Shown piece after piece: positions 57,572-64,000 of a stretch of DNA of 64,000 bases. Source of the DNA: Candidatus Latescibacterota bacterium (lineage in GTDB: Bacteria > Latescibacterota > UBA2968). Position 1 is the stretch's first letter; every line of letters starts with the position of its first letter. The notes beneath the pieces were generated by a model, which was not told the DNA's origin, searched no databases, and worked only from the letters and a program-made list of their open reading frames with translations. The stretch covers positions 6,080,001 to 6,144,000 of the forward strand of contig OZ244960.1 in assembly GCA_965222605.1 (NCBI GenBank), written 5' to 3'. The position numbers and the translations under genes were made by a program.

Positions 57572-58046
57572 ATCTATTCTCTTATGCGTTCTTATGTGGT
57601 TGATATCTTGTAGTCAGCACTATGAGGAAGGGGCGCATCCGCCGCCAAAGCCTCCACCTGTTCAGACCACAGAGGATAAAGAAGGACCACAGGCATCAGA
57701 TGCTGTGGTTTCTGGGACGATTCGACTGGCCGATGGGTTGGACGAACGCATCGGAAGCAATGCCGTGCTATTTGTTATTGCGCGACCTGCCCCTGTTGGC
57801 GGGCCACCGCTGGCAGTGAAGCGGCTCGACATTTCCGATTTCCCCCTTTCGTACACACTAACGCGCGGAGATGCGATGATCGAGATTGACTGGTCTGAGA
57901 TCGATGCGTTGTACGTTTCTGCAAAAATTGATGCAGACGGACGTGTGGGTGGTTCCAAAGCAGGGGATATGGAGGGAATTTATCCGCAAAATCCCGTTGC
58001 ACCCGGGGCCGTGGAAGTGGATATTTTGATCGATACGGTACATTGA
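57564..58046 (+). CDS. Lipoprotein with a CcmI C-terminal-like domain
   Basis: Lipobox LISC; VSGTI.L..VLFVIAR...PPLAVKRL...FP..YTL..DAM..SAKI..G..GDM.G. Confidence 0.65.
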   Translation: MRKSILLCVLMWLISCSQHYEEGAHPPPKPPPVQTTEDKEGPQASDAVVSGTIRLADGLDERIGSNAVLFVIARPAPVGGPPLAVKRLDISDFPLSYTLTRGDAMIEIDWSEIDALYVSAKIDADGRVGGSKAGDMEGIYPQNPVAPGAVEVDILIDTVH

Positions 58047-58049
58047 GTT

Positions 58050-59792
58050 ATGAGCTATACGGTGATTCACGCGACACACGAAGCGGTGCGCAAGGCCGGT
58101 GGTATCGGGACGGTTCTCGAGGGCTTGATGACCTCTTCTGTGTACCAGAGAGCTGTGCGGCGATCTTTTCTCGTCGGTCCGCTTTCGCGCCCAGAGGATG
58201 AAGATCTTCTTGCGGAAAGTGGCGAGGTAATTTTTTCGACTATTTCCGGGGTGCAAAATGTGGATTGTGCCGACGCGCTCAATCTCGTAGCAGAGCGGTA
58301 CAATGTCAATATCATTTATGGGATACGCCAATTCACGGGGGGATATGAAGCCGATGTATTGCTCGTCGATGCCGAAGATATCAACCCGCGGCGGTCCCGC
58401 AATTTTAAGTACAATCTCTACCGGTACTTTGGCCTTACGTCTGACCGATACGATACGGTTGCGGATTACGCGCTGTATATCGACAGTGCCGAAGCTATTT
58501 ACGACGCTGTTACTGCGCTCATTGGAGAGGCACCTGGTCCGCATATTGTGCTGGCTCATGAGTATATGGGCATGCCTGTCGCGCTCAAAGCTATTGCGGA
58601 AAATGATCCGCGCTTTTGGGCAATTTTTTACGCCCATGAAGTTTCAACGATGCGCGGAATCACAGAGGGCAACCCGGGGCACGATGTGATGTTTTACAAT
58701 GCGATGTCGCAGGCACTTGCACAGGGCGAAGTGGTTGAGGATATATTTGGAGATCAGTCCGATTATTATCGGCACGCGCTGGTTCAACTGGCGTCGCACT
58801 GCGATGGTATTTTTGCGGTGGGCGATCCAACGCTCGATGAGCTTCGATTTATGGGATTTGAGGCGCAGGCAATAGACCTGGTGTACAATGGGATTCCCTC
58901 TCTGCAGATTTCTTATGCAGAGAAATTGCAATCTCGTACGCGCTTACAGGATTACGCGCAAAACTTGCTCGGGTATGAGCCAGATGTGGTGATGACACAT
59001 GTTACGCGCCCGGTGATTAGCAAGGGAATATGGCGCGATTTGCTCGTATTGTCGCATCTCGATAACTTGTTGGGGGACAGGGGGCAAGCAGGCGTGTTTT
59101 TTGTGCTTACAACAGCAGCAGAACAGCGCGGTGCACGAGATATCGAGATTATGGAGTCCGAATATGGATGGCCGGTTGTACACCAGATAGGGCCGCCTGA
59201 TCTGGTTTCAAATGAGGTGGATATCTGGCGGAATATGGAAGCGTTTAACCGCGAGGCTGTTGCCATTCAAGCCATTTTGGTCAACCAGTTTGGATGGGAC
59301 CGGGCGAGTTGCGGGCAGCGCATGCCGCAAGATATGACATTTGAGGATTTGCGGCGGGGCACGGATGTCGAATTCGGACAATCAATTTACGAGCCGTTTG
59401 GCATTGCCGTGCTGGAACCTCTGACTTTTGGGGGGCTGTGCGTGCCGAGTAGTGTGTGCGGGTGTTGCGGATTTTTGGATCTCGTGACAAAAGAACAGGC
59501 AGGTCCTCCCGTCGTGGTGGCTGATTATACGACGGATGTCGCATTGGAGAGTGCCGCGTCTGCTCGTGTGATAGGCGAGTATGAACGCCGCATTCAGGAA
59601 GGCAAAGTAGCAGAAAAAGTCGCGTGGGATATCGCAGATGCGTTGCCATCATCGGATAGAGAACGCGCGGTGCGATTGCATTCGGGTTACAAGTTGGCCG
59701 CACAAATGAGCTGGGATCGCGTGTGCGAAGCATTTTTTTTCCCCGGTATAGAACGCGCGATCTCTCGTCGTCAAACACAACGAAACGTTTGA
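58050..59792 (+). CDS. Glycogen/starch synthase-like GT-B glycosyltransferase
   Basis: EAV.KAGGIGTV (KxGG), AHE.M, NG, SIYEPFG..LE. Confidence 0.75.
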   Translation: MSYTVIHATHEAVRKAGGIGTVLEGLMTSSVYQRAVRRSFLVGPLSRPEDEDLLAESGEVIFSTISGVQNVDCADALNLVAERYNVNIIYGIRQFTGGYEADVLLVDAEDINPRRSRNFKYNLYRYFGLTSDRYDTVADYALYIDSAEAIYDAVTALIGEAPGPHIVLAHEYMGMPVALKAIAENDPRFWAIFYAHEVSTMRGITEGNPGHDVMFYNAMSQALAQGEVVEDIFGDQSDYYRHALVQLASHCDGIFAVGDPTLDELRFMGFEAQAIDLVYNGIPSLQISYAEKLQSRTRLQDYAQNLLGYEPDVVMTHVTRPVISKGIWRDLLVLSHLDNLLGDRGQAGVFFVLTTAAEQRGARDIEIMESEYGWPVVHQIGPPDLVSNEVDIWRNMEAFNREAVAIQAILVNQFGWDRASCGQRMPQDMTFEDLRRGTDVEFGQSIYEPFGIAVLEPLTFGGLCVPSSVCGCCGFLDLVTKEQAGPPVVVADYTTDVALESAASARVIGEYERRIQEGKVAEKVAWDIADALPSSDRERAVRLHSGYKLAAQMSWDRVCEAFFFPGIERAISRRQTQRNV

Positions 59793-59845
59793 CGCTTTGA
59801 AACGTGTAAGAAGCTGACCGCTATTTTTACCCATTGAGTGATAAT

Positions 59846-61018
59846 ATGATGAGAAAACGATTTTTACTGATTTTTGTGTTCGCGGCATTTCTCACGGGTT
59901 GCAATACCGAAAAGCGCAACCCGTTGGGCGAGGGCTTTGTTGTTGGGCGCGATCCCGGCGATACAGTAGCATTGCCCGCTGTTCCGCTAAAGTCGGCGCG
60001 ATCCTTTCATTCTCTGGTTTTTCCCACTGTGATGGGGGAACGAGAGGAATTGTTAGTCGGGCAGATGAATGGGTTTTTGTTGCGCAGTCTGTTGCGTTTC
60101 AATGTGCCGGATGAGTTGTCTGGCGGTGTGCCGCTGGTACTCGATTCCCTGCGCGTCAATCTGGGTATTCGATCGGCGCGGTTGGTCGAAAATGCGTCGC
60201 TGATTGCGTTGCGACCCGATTCGCCGTGGGAAGAACTTCAGACCTATGTCGATACGCTCTCGCTGGTCGAGACCGAGGTCCTTGCAACGCCAATTCCCGA
60301 TGCTGTGGCGCAGGTGTTTGAAGATCGCGTACGGATTGATTTACCTGCGTCGCTCTTGAAAGATGCGATAGATGCGGGTTCTCCGTCTTTAGATATCCTG
60401 TTGCAACCCGATGGGGAGGCACCTTTTTTATTGGATATTTTTGCACGCGAAGCGAATGCTATCCGTCCCGATGCGCCGATTCCCGAATTGGAAGCGGTAT
60501 ATCGGGTGGGGGATGTGATAGAGCGTGCGGCTGTTCAAGCCGATGCAGATACCTATTGGAGTGCACGGGTCAATGGCGGTCCACCAGAAGATCTAATCAT
60601 TCTTTCCGAGGGTTTGTTTTACGGCAGTGTCTTGAATTTTGATCTGCCCAATATTCCGCAAGGCGCGACGATCAATTTGGCTAAATTGCAATTGGATATC
60701 GATCTTGATCATTCCTATTTTTCGTCTTTTCCCTTTGAAGTATATCGCCTGACAATTGCAGAAGGCGATACCTCGTTTACGCGGTATAATGAGCCGTTGC
60801 TCATCGAACCGACAACGGCGACTTATACAATTAATCATACTTTGATTCAGTCATGGATATCTGGTGCGCGATTAAATCATGGGTTGGCGCTTTCGCCCCT
60901 CAATTTTACTTCTACAACGGGTTTGCCCGCGCTCTTAAATTCGCCCCCGCTCATCCAATGGATTGTGTTGAAAGATGTGCGTTTAAACCTCATTTACTCT
61001 TTTCCTCCGGAATTGTAA
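59846..61018 (+). CDS. Hypothetical lipoprotein
   Basis: Lipobox LTGC; long ORF in operon context. Confidence 0.7.
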   Translation: MMRKRFLLIFVFAAFLTGCNTEKRNPLGEGFVVGRDPGDTVALPAVPLKSARSFHSLVFPTVMGEREELLVGQMNGFLLRSLLRFNVPDELSGGVPLVLDSLRVNLGIRSARLVENASLIALRPDSPWEELQTYVDTLSLVETEVLATPIPDAVAQVFEDRVRIDLPASLLKDAIDAGSPSLDILLQPDGEAPFLLDIFAREANAIRPDAPIPELEAVYRVGDVIERAAVQADADTYWSARVNGGPPEDLIILSEGLFYGSVLNFDLPNIPQGATINLAKLQLDIDLDHSYFSSFPFEVYRLTIAEGDTSFTRYNEPLLIEPTTATYTINHTLIQSWISGARLNHGLALSPLNFTSTTGLPALLNSPPLIQWIVLKDVRLNLIYSFPPEL

Positions 61019-61019
61019 T

Positions 61020-62183
61020 ATGATGCGAATAATTTTCGTTTTGGGTTTTATTTGTACACTGGTGCTGCCAGCTTGCGCCAATACAATTTTTTCTTTTTAC
61101 GGTGTTGGCGATCCAGTCAGGCGCGTTGATGCACGGTCTCGAAGTATGGGTGGTGCTGGGCGGTCGCTGGCCGATGGTCTCAATTTTTCTTCCCACAATC
61201 CCGCATTGTTGGGCGCTTTCCGCAGGATGTCTGTGAGTGTGCAATTTGTGGCTCAACACCGATTTCTGAATGGCGGAAACATCGTGAATGACGGGGATGT
61301 CGGGGCTTTTCAAATCGCGCTCCCCCTGGGGCGAAGTCTTATTGTGGGTGCGGGACTTGAACCGCTTACCGATATGGATTTTGGAGCGATAGAAGACCGC
61401 GGCACGGGCGATTTGAAGTATCAACTGGAAGTGGAAGCGACCGGGGGGATCCAGGCTATTTCTCTGGGGCTGGGACATCGGATCGGGCGCAGGCTCTTTG
61501 TGGGAGGGCGTATAAATTGGGTAGCTATGGGAACGCTTAACGAGTCCTGGATCAAAAATTTCGACAATGAGACGATCTTCTTTTCTCATGACGAAATCAC
61601 GCGTACCCACCGCGGATGGTTGCCATCATTCGGGATTGTCTATACCCCCACTTCGCGGTGGAGTCTGGGTGCCAATGTCGATATCGGAGGCAGTATCAGG
61701 CAGCGCCAGATTCAAAGAAATCGTTTTGTGGAACAGCGCGAAGCCATTGAAGTGATGACGGAAAGCGATGTGGAGTTTCCCCGGGAATTTGGGATGGGGA
61801 TAACGTATCTGGCGGGTTATCGCTGGCTGGCGTCTGTCGATGTTTCTCGGGGGCTGTGGCACGCGACGGGGGATGGGCGGTTTGATACCTGGGATGTGAG
61901 TGCTGGAATGTTGTGGCGCACGGGAAATCCCGATGTGCTGGTGCGGAGCCGACGCTTTGAACTCAGCGCGGGTTTTCATTATCGATCGCTTTATTTTCCG
62001 ACGGCTTCTAATAGTCAGATTGACGAATTGGGTGCCAGCTTTGGCATGGCGTTGCCATTTGTGAATAATAGCGGTCGTTTTCGCTATGTGCTCGAGGTGG
62101 GAAGGCGTGGCGACCATTCAAGACACGGCGCGTCAGAGCGGTTTATTCAGCACTCTTTTTCCGTAGTCGGTTTTGTAAGGTAG
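61020..62183 (+). CDS. Outer-membrane beta-barrel protein (FadL/PorV-like)
   Basis: Signal peptide; S.YG.GD, ARS.SMGG.G, NPA; alternating beta-strands. Confidence 0.72.
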   Translation: MMRIIFVLGFICTLVLPACANTIFSFYGVGDPVRRVDARSRSMGGAGRSLADGLNFSSHNPALLGAFRRMSVSVQFVAQHRFLNGGNIVNDGDVGAFQIALPLGRSLIVGAGLEPLTDMDFGAIEDRGTGDLKYQLEVEATGGIQAISLGLGHRIGRRLFVGGRINWVAMGTLNESWIKNFDNETIFFSHDEITRTHRGWLPSFGIVYTPTSRWSLGANVDIGGSIRQRQIQRNRFVEQREAIEVMTESDVEFPREFGMGITYLAGYRWLASVDVSRGLWHATGDGRFDTWDVSAGMLWRTGNPDVLVRSRRFELSAGFHYRSLYFPTASNSQIDELGASFGMALPFVNNSGRFRYVLEVGRRGDHSRHGASERFIQHSFSVVGFVR

Positions 62184-62199
62184 TTTACAGCAGGACAAT

Positions 62200-63375
62200 T
62201 CAAACGGCCTGTGTTCGGCGCGCGAGCGCTCGAATGCGGCCGTTTTTGATTTTTTGGACAATTTGATCGGCTAAAAGGTGCAGAATGGGCAGACAAATCC
62301 CCGTGCAAACAAAGTACAGGGGAGCTGTCTCGGGTGCAATAGATTCAAAGCAGACAATTGCAAGGAGGCCCTGTGGCAAGAGCGGGAGCCAGGTTTGAAC
62401 GGGTTGTAATGTGAAGCGACTGGATAGCAGGCCACCTGCAATTTTGCCCAAAATCAAGGCTGCGATCAGGGGGAAAAAATGAGGAGGCACGGGGGATATT
62501 TGCCAGTCTAAAACAAGGCCACTAACATAGTGTGCGAGAGCAAAAGCAATAAGTGCTTCGGCTTTTGGCGGGCGCATATTGGGTCTCAGTCCGCGTTTGG
62601 TACGCAAGGACAATGCAAGGCCCACTGTCCAGGCCAAAATAAGAGGCTGAATCCAAACGTGCCACGAAGCAAGTACGAGCAGGAATGATAGGGCAAACCA
62701 ACTCGTAAATTGACCTGTGGGGGTGTGGATATGTCGCAGCCAGCGATGCACAAGTTCAATGCCAATAACTCCGATCAAGACAGCCAGCGCGATATCGGCG
62801 GCGAGATCCAGGAAGGGACCAAACCCATCTTTCTGTATAAATTGGACGCCGAAGATGAGCAAAAAGAGCAAACAGAGGCCGATCGCCGTAACGTACAAAG
62901 AAAAAGGCCATGTGTCGCGCAGGTTGTGTTCTGTGCGGTCTAAAAATATGGGGGACGAGATGCCCGATAGGATGGCGAGTTGCAAGGTGGTGACCAGGTG
63001 AAGGTCGAAGAAGATGAGCATGGAAAAGGTGGTGAGAACGGGTACTGTATATAGGTAAAGACTGCCCTTAAGCAACCGCTGATTTGCCAGGATAGGGCGG
63101 GAGAGCGATGTGCCCAAATAAAGGCCGATCCAGGCCATTGCGATATCTGCAAAGGGTTTTATACTCTGGTGGTTTTCAGCGGTTGTAATAGGTGCGAAGC
63201 CGATGGCGAGACCCGCAGCAATCATGCCCAGGACATCGGGCAATTTAGCGCGATTAGCCAGTCGCGCACCCACGATAGAGGCCGTCATGAGAAAGCCGAC
63301 CCAGATCATTTCGGGAGGTGATTGGAGCTTCCAGATCAGGATACCGATACCAAGTGTAATGCACAGAAGGCGCAT
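62200..63375 (-). CDS. Cation:proton antiporter-like membrane protein
   Basis: Multiple TMs; KLP.VLG.I.AG..IG; LLPQG. Confidence 0.65.
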   Translation of the reverse strand: MRLLCITLGIGILIWKLQSPPEMIWVGFLMTASIVGARLANRAKLPDVLGMIAAGLAIGFAPITTAENHQSIKPFADIAMAWIGLYLGTSLSRPILANQRLLKGSLYLYTVPVLTTFSMLIFFDLHLVTTLQLAILSGISSPIFLDRTEHNLRDTWPFSLYVTAIGLCLLFLLIFGVQFIQKDGFGPFLDLAADIALAVLIGVIGIELVHRWLRHIHTPTGQFTSWFALSFLLVLASWHVWIQPLILAWTVGLALSLRTKRGLRPNMRPPKAEALIAFALAHYVSGLVLDWQISPVPPHFFPLIAALILGKIAGGLLSSRFTLQPVQTWLPLLPQGLLAIVCFESIAPETAPLYFVCTGICLPILHLLADQIVQKIKNGRIRALARRTQAV

Positions 63376-63385
63376 GGAAATCGTC

Positions 63386-64000
63386 TCAGGTGTGAGATTG
63401 CGGCGAATTTGCGGGTGGAATAATTACTATTTGGCTCAAAAAAACAGCGATCACGAGGCCTGTGATAAGCGTATAGTGCTGAAAGTCGAGGAGATAAATG
63501 GCCTGTACGCCAACAGCGATACTCAGAGTGCCCTGAGGATGCCAACTCATGGCGAGTAATTCTCGCCAGGTCTGCGGTATTTGCCAGAGGGTTTGGGAGA
63601 CCGTGAAACCGATTGTGCGGCCCATTCCGCGCACGAGTATCATTGTGAGGGCAAGTGGAAAAAGAGGGGACCAAATAAAAAATATATCGCCTCCAAATTC
63701 TCCTATGATTGTACCGATCAATGCGAAAAAGATCGGTTCAATCACGCCATTTGCGCGTGTTGTAAATTCGACGACCTCGCGTTTTGCCACGGTTGTGTTA
63801 ATCAGCCAGATACCCGATAGAAATCCTACAGCAAGAGATGGCAAGCCCGGTGCCTGGCACAAGCCAGAAAGGGCGATCACAATGCCGAGGACGAGGCTTA
63901 GTGCGCGAGCACCCGTGCGGTGACTGCGAAAAGAAAAATCGAGCGCGATACCTCCGGCTACGCCTGCGCCGAGCATGAGCAGTGCAATACCAGTTGCGCC
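63386..64000 (-). CDS. Cation:proton antiporter-like membrane protein (5' end lies outside the window)
   Basis: Frame is open to the window edge; EPIFFALIG, VRG.G, PQG..SIA. Confidence 0.62.
   Translation of the reverse strand, partial: GATGIALLMLGAGVAGGIALDFSFRSHRTGARALSLVLGIVIALSGLCQAPGLPSLAVGFLSGIWLINTTVAKREVVEFTTRANGVIEPIFFALIGTIIGEFGGDIFFIWSPLFPLALTMILVRGMGRTIGFTVSQTLWQIPQTWRELLAMSWHPQGTLSIAVGVQAIYLLDFQHYTLITGLVIAVFLSQIVIIPPANSPQSHT

Noticed and set aside
1-64000. CRISPR array or cas genes
   Set aside because: No regularly spaced direct repeats with spacers and no Cas motifs were seen. The repeats present are paralog, att, IS or REP type.

Overview
This is a bacterial chromosomal window, mostly housekeeping and carbohydrate/sulfate-ester catabolic genes: tpiA-secG-tRNA-Leu, sulfatases, Gfo/Idh/MocA oxidoreductases, feoAB, a TroABCDR-type metal ABC operon and map. 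Several secreted proteins carry a paired EF-hand/dockerin-like tag. There are two accessory regions. The first is a small relic island at tRNA-Leu(GAG), bounded by a ~281-bp direct repeat and carrying higBA. The second is a ~12-kb minus-strand operon (21251->9144) encoding two signal peptide-trypsin-TM-FHA proteins (one a probable pseudoprotease), a MotB/ExbD-vWA-like and MotA/ExbB-like pair, two FHA proteins, a PP2C phosphatase and two Ser/Thr kinase-TM-FGE/C-type-lectin receptors. Embedded in that operon is a deletion-damaged diversity-generating retroelement (DGR): an avd fragment, an RT fragment and a 46-nt template-repeat (TR) remnant. The TR remnant differs from the 3' ends of both kinase genes almost only at adenines, so the receptor kinases were hypermutated targets. 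The operon is decaying through an IS982 insertion, frameshifts, a nonsense codon and deletions. Other notable items are an unannotated UGA-recoded (UxxC) ArsC/Spx-like selenoprotein with a SECIS-like hairpin, a GAF-membrane(His) protein paired with a cytochrome c'-like lipoprotein, a 294-bp MITE, and DtxR-domain fusions on both Tro permeases. All calls come from reading the sequence and motifs by eye; no database searches were run.
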